Part shown: in pieces, positions 54,740 to 64,000 of the stretch
Layout: every line of letters starts with the position of its first letter
How positions within the stretch are numbered: the first letter of the stretch is position 1
Program-made: the position numbers and the translations under genes
Notes under the pieces: generated by a model
Told to the model about the DNA's origin: nothing
Seen by the model: only the letters and a program-made list of their open reading frames with translations
Databases searched by the model: none
Origin: an uncultured Gemmatimonadales bacterium
Lineage (GTDB): Bacteria > Gemmatimonadota > Gemmatimonadetes > Gemmatimonadales > GWC2-71-9
NCBI GenBank assembly: GCA_963842945.1
Contig: CAWJIM010000021.1
Coordinates: 128,001 to 192,000, forward strand
Length of the DNA stretch: 64,000 nt
Direction: 5' to 3'

Positions 54740-55573
54740 CTAGACCAATCGTTGCGCTTTGAGCCAGTAGTAGAGCTCGTCGATCCAATGGTCACTGCTG
54801 GTGCCCTGCTTCCTCATGCCGAAGCCGTGGCCACCGGCGCTGAAGACGTGGATCTCGGGCCGCTGGCCTGCTGAAACCAGCGCGTCGCGAAACCTCAGCA
54901 CCGGATCCAGCGCTACCCGATCGTCCTGGGCCCAGGCCATAAACAGCGGCGGTAGACTGGCTGGGACCGCCGGCATGACGCCGAAAGGTCCGCCATAGAT
55001 AAAGGCGGCGAAGTTGGGCCGGCCCGCCGAGTCGGCTTGCAACACCGCCCCACTCGCCACCATTGCTCCGGCGGAGAAACCCAGAAATCCGATCCGATCC
55101 GGGAGACGCCCCACTGCGCGGCGTGTCGCCGGACTACCTTGAGAGCCTGAATGCCGTCGGCGATGCCGTATCGCCCGGCGGTATCCATGTCCATCTCGGG
55201 GATTCCCTCCTGGAGCTTCTCGACAGTACGGTACTTGAGCAGGAAGGCGGCAATGCCGCGAGCTCGCAGCCACTCGGCCACTTCCCTGCCCTCGAGCCCC
55301 ACGGTTAACGCGACGAAGGCTCCACCCGGAGCGATGATCACACCCGTGCCGGTGGCCTTGGATCGCTCCGGGAGATACGGTGTCAGAGTGGGAGTCACCA
55401 CATTCATCACGACGCTGCCGACCGGCGTGTGCTCGAAGGTCCGCTCCGTCTGGGTCCAGTGCTCCGGACCCGGGAGCCATCCCGGGCCAGATCCTGATTG
55501 CCTGAGCCGTCAGGGTGCCGGTGCACCCCGCCATGGCCGCCGAAACCAGGAGCAGCCGACGTCGCCCGCTCAC
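54740..55573 (-). CDS. Secreted alpha/beta hydrolase (frameshifted)
   Basis: IIAPGGAF, LLKYR, GFSAGA nucleophile elbow, GGHGFGM. Confidence 0.85.
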   Translation of the reverse strand: MSGRRRLLLVSAAMAGCTGTLTAQAIRIWPGMAPGSGALDPDGADLRAHAGRQRRDECGDSHSDTVSPGAIQGHRHGCDHRSGWSLRRVNRGARGQGSGRVAASSRHCRLPAQVPYCREAPGGNPRDGHGYRRAIRHRRRHSGSQGSPATRRAVGRLPDRIGFLGFSAGAMVASGAVLQADSAGRPNFAAFIYGGPFGVMPAVPASLPPLFMAWAQDDRVALDPVLRFRDALVSAGQRPEIHVFSAGGHGFGMRKQGTSSDHWIDELYYWLKAQRLV

Positions 55574-57093
55574 GGGGGACCTTCGCTGCGGACGGAAAGT
55601 GCGTGACGGAACAGGTTCAGCGGGTCGTATCGATCTTTGATCCGCTGAAGGCGCGATAGTTCCGCCGATAGTACAGCGTGGACCAGGGCACGCCCGACGT
55701 GTTCAACTCCGGGTCGGCGAGGTCGGTGTCGGGATGATTGATGAACGTGCCGTCATAGCGCTCGCCCGGAACCGGCACGCCGCCGGTCTCGGCGAAGAGT
55801 CGCGGTAGAACGCGCGCACCCACGCCAGGTTCTTCGCCTCGTCCTGCGGGTCCAGCCAGCCGGCGGTGCAGGCGATGTCGAGAATCGAGCCGCGCTGCGC
55901 CGAGGCCGTCGCGTCGGGCGCGACGGTGTTGACCTGTCCGCCGTAGCGTCGCGAGCCCGAGCATGCCGCCCATGACGTCGTGGTCGGTGCGCGTCAGGTA
56001 GTCGTATGCGACGCCGATCTGGCGATCGGTGAGCCGCTTCCTGAGCAGCGCGTCCTTCACCTTCACGCTCACGCCGCCGGGCGGCGCGGCAAAGAGATCG
56101 GGGAGCGGGTTCAGCGCGAAGTCGAGCCAGGACATGCGCGCGAGCTCCGGTCGCCGCGGCGCGGCGACCCCTCGGCGCAGCGCCGCCAGGTGCTCGTCGA
56201 TCTGGCGCTCCGCGGCCTCCGCCCGCCGTGCTCACGCCGCGAACGACGATCTTCCCGAACTGCTGGCGATGGATCTCGAGCAGCGTCCAGAGCGACGCGT
56301 TCGGCGAGCCGGCGTCGCTGTTGCGCTCGCACCAGGTGCCGTGGTTCTGCAGCAGCCGCAGGAAGCTCGCGCGGTCGACGTCGCTCCAGCTCCACTCCGC
56401 GTTGAAGGTGGTGATCGACTCCGGCGCGCGCGGCAGCAGCGTCGCCGGGTCGTCGCCGGCGGCGTCCGGGCGAGCGGAACCAGTAGCGGGTGACGACGCC
56501 GAAGTTGCCGCCGCCGCCGCCGGTGTGCGCCCACCACAGCTCGCGATCGGGTCGGATGCCTCGCGGGTCGCGACGACGCTGCTCGCGCGGCCGTCCTCGT
56601 CCACCGTGACCACCTCGACCGCGTACAGGTAGTCCGCGGCCAGGCCGAGCTGGCGGCAGAGGAAGCCGAACGCGCCGCCCGCCACGTGGCCGCCCATGCC
56701 GATCGCCGGATACTCGCCGAGCGGCAGCACGATCCCCCAGTCTCGTACAGCGCGCGGAACGTCTCGCCGACCGTGGCGCCGGCCTCGACCGCGACGGCGC
56801 CCATCTCCGCGTCGTAGTAGATGCGCTTCATCGGCGAGACGTCGATGATCACCCGCACCTCGGGATCCGAGACGAACCCCTCGAGGCAGTGGCCGCCGCT
56901 GGTCACGACGAGGCGGCGGCCTTCGCTCACCGCATCCTGGACCGCGGCGACCACCTCGTCGGTCGAGCCGGCCAGCCGCACGTAGTCGGGGCTGCGCGCT
57001 GAAGCGCTTGTTGAAGCGCTTGTCGACGACGGCGTGATAACCGGGGTCGTCAGGGAGTAGTCTAGCTAAATACAAACCGGCAGGGCGGGTCAA
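55570..57093 (-). CDS. FAD-binding oxidoreductase of the berberine-bridge/AknOx-hexose oxidase group (many frameshifts; ends approximate)
   Basis: TSGGHCLEGFV, GMGGHVAGGAFG, GGGGGNFG region, FINHPD, and RLQRIKDRYDPLNLFRH in the shifted frame. Confidence 0.82.
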
Positions 57094-57142
57094 CTATCTC
57101 AGGGTAATGGAAGCAAAATCCCCTTGAGAGCCGTTCTTCTGC

Positions 57143-57469
57143 TCAAACGAAACCAGGTACGTGCTTCCCCCGCGTGCGCCAGTACCCGTTCGGTGAAATC
57201 CAGGCGCTCCTGCATCTCGTTTAGGTCGGCCCGCAGGTCGCTCACCTCGAACTAAAGATCCTCCAGTCCGGACTGAAGCTCTCCCGGCTCAGCGCTCGGT
57301 TGCAACCTCCCTCGCAGGCGCTGGCCCAGAGCCCGAACCCGAGCGCCAGAGCAGCGTGGACTGCGGCATGAGACGGCTCCGCGGCCCCCGCGGCAAATCC
57401 TACCGCAACCAGATTGACGGCGCACAATACCACCGCGATCGGCTGCCAGATTTTCGGCTTGAAGGTCAT
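57143..57469 (-). pseudogene. Small membrane/coiled-coil protein gene with a frameshift and an in-frame TAG
   Basis: MTFKPKIWQPIAVVL.. then ..GLEDL*FEVSDLRADLNEMQERLDFTERVLA; TAG at 57252-57254. Confidence 0.5.
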
Positions 57470-57538
57470 GACGCATCCTCCGGCTCGAGTGCACCAGCTC
57501 AGTTAATGGATACCTACGATTGGTCGGGGGCTAATGTT

Positions 57539-58025
57539 TCAGTCTAATACTGCCCTCGGCCTGATGGCTCCAATGCCGGTCCTCCGAGACGTGACCCGCT
57601 CCATCACCAGGACGGCCAGTGCAGCCATGGCCAGGAAGTTGAGACCGACGGCTTCGCCCCGAGGGTGATTCATCAATTCCAGAGTAGATCGGCTCCCCAA
57701 TCCCCACATGGGGGCCAGTCCGGTCTTGCCGATCCATACCCCAAATTGTGCCCCGCAATAGAAGAGGTAAAGCATGCTGGCCGAAGAATACGCGGGTATT
57801 TGCAGGGCCTGCACCAGAAGGAGAGCGGATAGCCGCGGGGGAGATCGAACCACAGCTCGCGGCCGGCATAGGCGCAGAGAGCAAACGGAATGCCGAGGGA
57901 GCCGATGATCAGCCGCTGGAGCAAGCTCAGCCCCGAAGCCGCCGCCGAGCTGGACGCGACGGCCATGCCGATGAATCCGCCGGTGATCTCCAGCCCTGCC
58001 ACCAGTCTCCGGGCCCGGGAATCAT
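57539..58025 (-). CDS. Hypothetical membrane protein (frameshifted)
   Basis: Hydrophobic segments in 57673..58002 joined to 57539..57853 (LLVQALQIP). Confidence 0.5.
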
Positions 58026-58376
58026 CTAGGAGGCTCGGCGCAGCTTCAGCCAGACCGTCACCACTCCGACGGCCAGGCAGCCGGTGGCCAGCACACCGGC
58101 GAAGAAGAACAGCAGCCCGGGTCCGACCGGGTTGGGGTTGGGGTCCGGCCAGAGACCGACTTCAGCGGCAAGGATGATGGCAACCAGCGGTGTCGAGCCG
58201 AGGAGCAGCAGCGTCAGGCCGGTTCGGACCCAGCCCGAGCGAAGGTAGGCAGGCCGGTGGGCTCCGCTGTTGAAGACCCAGGCGAGCAACCCGAGCGGAG
58301 GTGCCAGTATGCACAGCAGGAGCACCAGCGGGTTGGGTCCGGATGTGATGTTTGGGTTGTCCGGCACGGGGCCCAA
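58026..58376 (-). CDS. Hypothetical membrane protein
   Basis: Three TM segments, PDPNPNPVGPGLLFF; GGAGG-like RBS. Confidence 0.6.
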   Translation of the reverse strand: MGPVPDNPNITSGPNPLVLLLCILAPPLGLLAWVFNSGAHRPAYLRSGWVRTGLTLLLLGSTPLVAIILAAEVGLWPDPNPNPVGPGLLFFFAGVLATGCLAVGVVTVWLKLRRAS

Positions 58377-58433
58377 CCTCTAGGTGGCAGACCCCTTAAT
58401 TGTCCTACAACGCGGCATTTCCTTTAGTGATGG

Positions 58434-58494
58434 CTTTACTCTCTCGTTACACGAACGGACGGTTCCTGTGACTTGGCGGGCGTATTTCCGTGAC
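58434..58494 (+). promoter_or_regulatory. Candidate Pho box array upstream of the porin-pst operon
   Basis: CTTTAC (58434), CGTTAC (58445), TGTGAC (58467) and CGTGAC (58489), all in the same 11-bp phase. Confidence 0.6.
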
Positions 58495-58577
58495 TTGGTA
58501 CTGTTGGTTTACTGCTCGCGGGCAGCCACCTGCTCGGAGCTCGTGAGGGAAGTGCCTTCCTACAGAGGAGAGAGGTC

Positions 58578-59666
58578 ATGACTATAGGGCTCCGCCCTTC
58601 TGCGATGGCATCACTGATTTTGTGGCTCACCTCCTTCGGAGTTGCCGCAGCCCAGACTACCGCGCCAAAGATCGAGAACGACCGTTCTGGTCTACGCCCA
58701 GTACGGCTACCAGTTCAATACCGATTCGGTAACCAGTCGGAATCTCAACGCCTTCGACCTTACCCGGGCCTACATCAACGTGACCGGCAAGTTCGTCGAA
58801 GGGGTGTCAGTCAGGGTGACACCGGAATTTACCGGGTGGCGGATGGCTCGCTGGCCTTCCGGCTCAAGTACGCCTACGCGGCCTATACTCCAGAAAACAG
58901 TCCCCTCACCGCCAAGTTCGGGGTGATGCACACACCCTGGCTCGATTGGGAGGAAGCGCTGTGGGATTACCGGATGCAGGGCCAGATGGCAATGGAGCGG
59001 TTCCGCAGCCCCGCTGCCGCCGGTTACCTCGCATCTTCGGATTTCGGCGCCGGAGTCGACGGCAAGTTCGGGTACGACAACGTCAACTTCCAGGTCGGGG
59101 TGTACAACGGCGAGTTCTACTCCAAGCCGGAGAGCGATTCATACAAGGATTTCGAGGCCCGGCTGTCGGTGCGGGTCCTGAAGACGGACGATTTCAGCCG
59201 CGTAGGCGGGCTTCGGATCACCGGTTATGCCGGGGTGGGTCAGCCTACTGGTGGCGGAATGAGGGATCGCTATATCGGCATGGTGTCCTACCGATCCAAG
59301 ATGCTTACCCTGGCCGGTGAATACGGACGGGGACGTGACCGGCTCGACAACCTCGCGCCGGTCACCGGAACTCCGCCACCCGCCGCGGTGCCCCAGACCG
59401 ACTCGGATGTGTGGAGCTTCTTCGGCGTGTTCAACGTGCCGAACACGAGAGCCGGAATCCTCGCGCGGTACGATCGGCAGACGCCGAGTACCGACATCAG
59501 CGGCAACGATCAGGAGCGGGCGATCGGCGGCGTCTCCTATCAACTCACTCCCCAGGTACGCCTCCTCGGCGACATCGACACCTTCTGGAACGAACCGGGC
59601 ATCTACACCAATGCGGTAAACTCGACCCGCACCACCGGGTTCATCCATATGCAATTCAATTTCTAG
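58578..59666 (+). CDS. Outer-membrane porin, probably phosphate-selective (frameshifts near 58680 and 58830)
   Basis: Signal peptide; FDLTRAYINV, FRLKYAY; alternating beta-strands; terminal MQFNF; heads the pst operon. Confidence 0.75.
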   Translation: MTIGLRPSAMASLILWLTSFGVAAAQTTAPKIENDRSGLRPVRLPVQYRFGNQSESQRLRPYPGLHQRDRQVRRRGVSQGDTGIYRVADGSLAFRLKYAYAAYTPENSPLTAKFGVMHTPWLDWEEALWDYRMQGQMAMERFRSPAAAGYLASSDFGAGVDGKFGYDNVNFQVGVYNGEFYSKPESDSYKDFEARLSVRVLKTDDFSRVGGLRITGYAGVGQPTGGGMRDRYIGMVSYRSKMLTLAGEYGRGRDRLDNLAPVTGTPPPAAVPQTDSDVWSFFGVFNVPNTRAGILARYDRQTPSTDISGNDQERAIGGVSYQLTPQVRLLGDIDTFWNEPGIYTNAVNSTRTTGFIHMQFNF

Positions 59667-59697
59667 CCGGTGGCACTGCATACTTGGAGACTAAAGC

Positions 59698-60760
59698 ATG
59701 AGAGAGCACTCCACGATCGGCTCTGGCATCACGCTTCTGATCGGGTTGGCCACGCTGAGCGGCCCGCAGGCAGCGCTCAGGTGACCCTCACCGGTGCCGG
59801 GGCCACCTTTCCCAATCCGATCTACACCAAGTGGTTCGACGCGTACAACAAGAAGACCGGCGTCCAGATCAACTACCAGTCGATCGGCTCCGGCGGCGGG
59901 ATCCGCCAGTTCACCGAGGGCACGGTGGATTTCGGCGCCAGCGACGGTCCCATGAGCGACGAGCAGATCAGGCGGTGGGTGGCAAGGTGCTCCACGTGCC
60001 GACCGTGCTCGGGGCCGTGGTCGTGACCTATAACCTCCCGGGACTGGGTGACGCCAAGCTCAAGTTCGACGGAGCCACCATCGCCGGGATCTTCCTGGGC
60101 CGGATAACCAAGTGGAACGACCAGAAGATTGCCGGACTCAATCCGGGAGTCAAGCTCCCTGACTCGGACATCATCGTGGTCCACCGGTCGGACGGCTCGG
60201 GCACGAGCTACATCTTTACCGACTACCTCACCAAGGTGTCCCCCGAGTGGAAGACCAAAGTCGGCAAGGCCACCTCGGTCAACTGGCCGGCCGGCTCGGG
60301 GGAAAAGGAAACGAGGGCGTGACCCAGCAGATCAAGCAGGCCGAAGGAGCGCTGGGCTACGTTGAGCTGATCTACGCCCTGTCGAACAACTCCGTACGCC
60401 CATATCAAGAACACCTCCGGCAAGTTCGTCGAGCCTTCCCTCGCCTCGGTAACGGCTGCCGCCGCAGGGGCCAAATTCGACAAAGACACCGATTTCCGGG
60501 TGTCGATCACCGACGCCCCGGGAGCCGAGGCCTATCCGATCTCGTCCTTCACTTGGCTCCTGGTTCAGCCAGACAACAAGGAGCCGCCAAGGCCAAGCCC
60601 ATCCGTGACTTCCTGGCCTGGATGATCACCCCCGAGGCGCAGAAAATGGCGGCCGACTTGAAGTATTCTCCGCTGCCGCGCCCGGTGGTACCGCTGGTCC
60701 GAGGCACGGCTGCCGACCCTGAAGGCCGGCGGCAAGGCATCGAGATCGCAGGAGCGCTGA
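59698..60760 (+). CDS. pstS: Phosphate ABC transporter substrate-binding protein, copy 1 (frameshifted)
   Basis: [46 protein letters not shown]. Confidence 0.92.
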
Positions 60761-60841
60761 GGTCAACGGCCGGCCCCAGGTGCAGGCGTTTGCAGACGGC
60801 GGAGACCATACAGCTCTGGAGCTGGTACCTGAACTTAAACC

Positions 60842-61959
60842 GTGGACTTAGACCTGCAGAGAGCTCTGCTCCTGACACAGCCGGTGCTTGCATGAGGCTG
60901 GCGACCGCCGCCGAGCTCGGCCGGACGGCGCGGCGCACCGCAGGCGGAGGCAGCGCTCACCGGGGCCGGCGCAACCTTCCCCAATCCGATCTACACCAAG
61001 TGGTTCGACGCGTACGACAAGGAGACCGGCGTGCGGATCAACTACCAGTCGATCGGCTCGGGCGGCGGCATCCGGCAGTTCACCGAGGGCACCGTGGACT
61101 TCGGCGCCACCGACGGCGCCGATGACCGATGAGCAGATCGCCGCGGTGCAGGGCAACGTCCTGCACATCCCCACCGTGCTCGGCGCGGTGGTGCTGACCT
61201 ACAACCTGCCCGCGATCGGCAACACGCAGCTCGAGCTTCGACGGCGCCACTGCTGGCGGACATCTTCCTCGGCCGGATCACCAGGTGGAACGACCCGCGG
61301 ATCGCCGCGCTCAACCCCGGCGTCGAGCCTGCCCGACCAGGACATCATCGTGGTCCACCGCTCCGACGGCTCCGGCACCACCTACATCTTCACCGACTAC
61401 CTGTCGCAAGGTCTCCCCGGAGTGGAAGGCGAAGGTCGGCAAGAGCCACCTCGGTCAACTGGCCGGTCGGGCTGGGCGGCAAGGGCAACGAAGGCGTCAC
61501 CCAGCAGGTCAAGCAGTACCCGGGGCATCGGCTACGTCGAGCTGATCTATGCCATCTCCAACGGGCTGCCCTACGCCGAGATCAGGAACGCCGCGGGCGC
61601 CTTCGTCCAGCCCACCTCGAAGAGCGTGACCGCGGCCGCGGCCGGTGCCGAGCTCCGCCGGACACCGACTTCCGGGTGTCGATCACCAATGCGCCGGGGC
61701 AAGGATGCCTACCCGATCTCCTCGTTCACCTGGCTGCTGGTTCAGAAGGAACCCCGACACTGCCAAGGCCAAGACCCTCATGGACTTCCTCGCGTGGATG
61801 CTCGAGCCGGCGGCCCAGCGGATGGCGGCCGACCTGCACTACGCGCCGCTCCCGGTGCCGGTGATCGAGCTGGTGCAGCAACGGATCGGCCGTAAAGCCA
61901 CCCTCCCCGTGACCAGCCGTTACAAAGCCGTGACGACGCCGGAGGCCCGGCGCTGGTAG
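60842..61959 (+). CDS. pstS: Phosphate ABC transporter substrate-binding protein, copy 2 (frameshifted; start approximate)
   Basis: Second [37 protein letters not shown]. Confidence 0.88.
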
Positions 61960-61969
61960 ACTCCTGAAC

Positions 61970-62963
61970 ATGACTGCCGACCGCCCGCCTCCGGAAACTG
62001 CTCCTCCCCGGCGCCAGCAGCCGTCTCTCTCGAGCGAGCCAACCACGGCGACCGGGTCTTCAAGGCGCTGCTTGACGCTCGCCGCGCTGGCGATCCCGAT
62101 CCTGCTCGGGTTCCTGGTCTTCGAGCTCTGGGCCGGCGCCGGCTGGCCATCGCGCCGGTTCGGGTTCGACTTCGTCACCTCCAGCACCTGGGACCCGGTG
62201 GCCGAGGAGTTCGGCGCGCTTCCCGCTGATCTTCGGCACCCTGGTCTCCTCGCTGCTGGCGCTCCTGATCGCGGTGCCGCTCTCGCTCGGCGTCGCGATC
62301 TACCTCACGGAGTTCGCCCCCAAGTCGGTGCGCCAGCCGGTGGCCTTTCTCATCGGCCTGCTGGCCGCGATACCCAGCGTGGTGTACGGCCTCTGGGGCA
62401 TCTTCGTTCTCGTTCCCGCTGCTCCGCACCACCGTCTTCCCGTTCCTGCGCGAAGCCTGGGCTTCCTCCCGTTCTTTCAGGGCCCGATCTACGGTCCGTC
62501 CATGCTGGCGGCCGGGATCATCCTGGCCATCATGGTGATGCCGTACATCATGTCGGTGTCCCGGGAGGTGCTGCTGGCCGTGCCGAACACCCAGCGGGAG
62601 GCGGCGCTGGCACTCGGCGCCACCCGGTGGGAAGCGGTGACCACCGCCGTGCTGCCCTACGCCCGGTCCGGGATCATCGGCGCCATCATCCTGGGACTGG
62701 GCCGGGCGCTGGGCGAGACCATGGCGGTGACCATGCTGATCGGCAACCGGCACGAGATCGCCGCCTCGCTCTTCGCGCCGGGCTACACCATGGCCGCGGC
62801 GATCGCCAACGAGTTCTCCGAAGCGGTGGGCGACCTGCACCTCTCCGCGCTGGCCTACGTGGCCTTCGTGCTTTTTCTGGTGACGGTGCTGGTGAACGCC
62901 GGCGCCCGGCTGCTGATCTGGCGGGTGGCCCGCGGGTCGGGCGCGGGGAGCAGCGCCCTGTGA
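61970..62963 (+). CDS. pstC: Phosphate ABC transporter permease PstC (frameshifted)
   Basis: LAAIPSVVYGLWG, EAALALGATRWE, GRALGETMAV, IANEF. Confidence 0.93.
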
Positions 62964-63818
62964 GGCGGCCGGCGCTGAACCGCCGCGTGCTCCGCGAGCT
63001 TCAGCAACCTGATGGTCGGGCTGATGATCGGCGCCGTCGTCGTGGCGCTGCTCCCGCTGTTCTTCATCCTGCTGAATCTGGTGCTCAAGGGAGCGGGCAG
63101 CCTCTCGCTGGACTTCTTCACCCGGATGCCGGCTCCGGCCGGCGAGACCGGGGGCGGAGTGGCCCATGCGCTGGTGGGAACGCTCCTCATCGTGGGCATG
63201 GCCAGCCTCATCGGGCTGCCGATCGGATCGGGGCCGGGCATCTACTGCGCCGAGTATCCCACCAGCCGGCTCACCTGGGTCACCCGGTTCGTGGCCGACG
63301 TGATGAACGGCACGCCTTCGATTGTGGTGGGCGTCTTTGCCTGGGCCTGGATCGTGGCGCCAGCAGAAGCACTTCTCCGCGCTGGCCGGAAGCGTCGCGC
63401 TGGCCCTGCTCATGATTCCCATGGTGCTGCGCACCACCGAGGAGATGATCAAGCTGGTGCCCAACTCGCTGCGTGAGGCGGCGCTGGCGCTGGGATATCC
63501 CCGGTGGCGCACCAGCCTTTCGGTGGTGGTGCGCACCACGCTGCCGGGATCATGACCGGAGGTCTGCTGGCCGTGGCCCGGATCGCCGGCGAGACCGCGC
63601 CGCTGCTCTTTACCGCGCTGGGCAGCCAGTACCTGAGCTTCGATATCGACCAGCCGATGGCCGCGCTGCCGCTCACGGTGTTCACCTACGCCACCGGCCC
63701 CTACGAGGAGTGGCACCGGTACGCCTGGGCCGCCGCTCTGGTGCTGATCCTGGTGGTCTTCCTGCTGAGCCTGGGCGCCCGGCTGGCCATCCGCCGGAGG
63801 TTTAGCCTCAATGGCTGA
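62960..63818 (+). CDS. pstA: Phosphate ABC transporter permease PstA (frameshifted)
   Basis: GTPSIVVG, RTTEE, ARIAGETAPLLFT. Confidence 0.93.
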
Positions 63819-64000
63819 GCCCGCCTTGAGCGTACCGCGGCCGTGCCGCGACCGCGGCCAGCCGGCGGCGGCCGACGCCGCCCAGGATCGTCACCGACAA
63901 GCTCACGGCCATGTACGGCAAGTTCACCGCGGTCAAGAGCGTGTCGCTCGGCTTTGCGCCCAACCAGGTGCACGCGCTGATCGGCCCGTCGGGGTGCGGC
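63811..64000 (+). CDS. pstB: Phosphate ABC transporter ATP-binding protein (5' part)
   Basis: YGKFTAVKSVSL...VHALIGPSGCG Walker A start, immediately after pstA. Confidence 0.88.
   Translation, partial: MAEPALSVPRPCRDRGQPAAADAAQDRHRQAHGHVRQVHRGQERVARLCAQPGARADRPVGVR

Noticed and set aside
59698..61959. pstS duplication as an assembly artefact
   Set aside because: The copies differ at many synonymous and non-synonymous positions and in their N-termini, consistent with true paralogues.

Overview
GC-rich bacterial chromosomal segment, most likely Gemmatimonadota (inferred from the Hanks-type kinase architectures, an 'ERLDFTER' small membrane protein and the intergenic repeat types). Single-base indels are frequent, even in essential genes (ffh, rpsP, trmD, rimM), so most frameshifts are treated as uncorrected long-read errors, not pseudogenes. 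Content in order: a DUF4386-like gene with a Cys4/coiled-coil partner; an orphan tailspike-like beta-helix protein; msrA; a TetR-RND efflux operon ending in a ClC/CBS channel; small redox genes including a 59-aa zf-HC2 microprotein missed by the ORF track; a PQQ aldose dehydrogenase divergent from an outer-membrane barrel/amicyanin-like fusion, a second cupredoxin and bioD; an M1 aminopeptidase; the ffh-rpsP-rimM-trmD-rplS-rnhB cluster; a Ser/Thr kinase-TPR protein; prepilin peptidase, TrmH and thiD; a purine salvage cluster (PNP, NupC, add); and a large phosphate locus. The phosphate locus comprises phoB-phoR and ppx-ppk1-sixA-CHAD-basic unknown protein-Nudix, then about 10.7 kb of accessory genes, then porin-pstS-pstS-pstCAB. 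Candidate Pho boxes and three families of structured repeats are visible. The best candidates for new biology are the barrel-cupredoxin/PQQ module, the extended polyphosphate operon, the paired ~140-bp covarying hairpin elements and the stand-alone zf-HC2 microprotein. No rRNA, tRNA, CRISPR array or transposase was seen.
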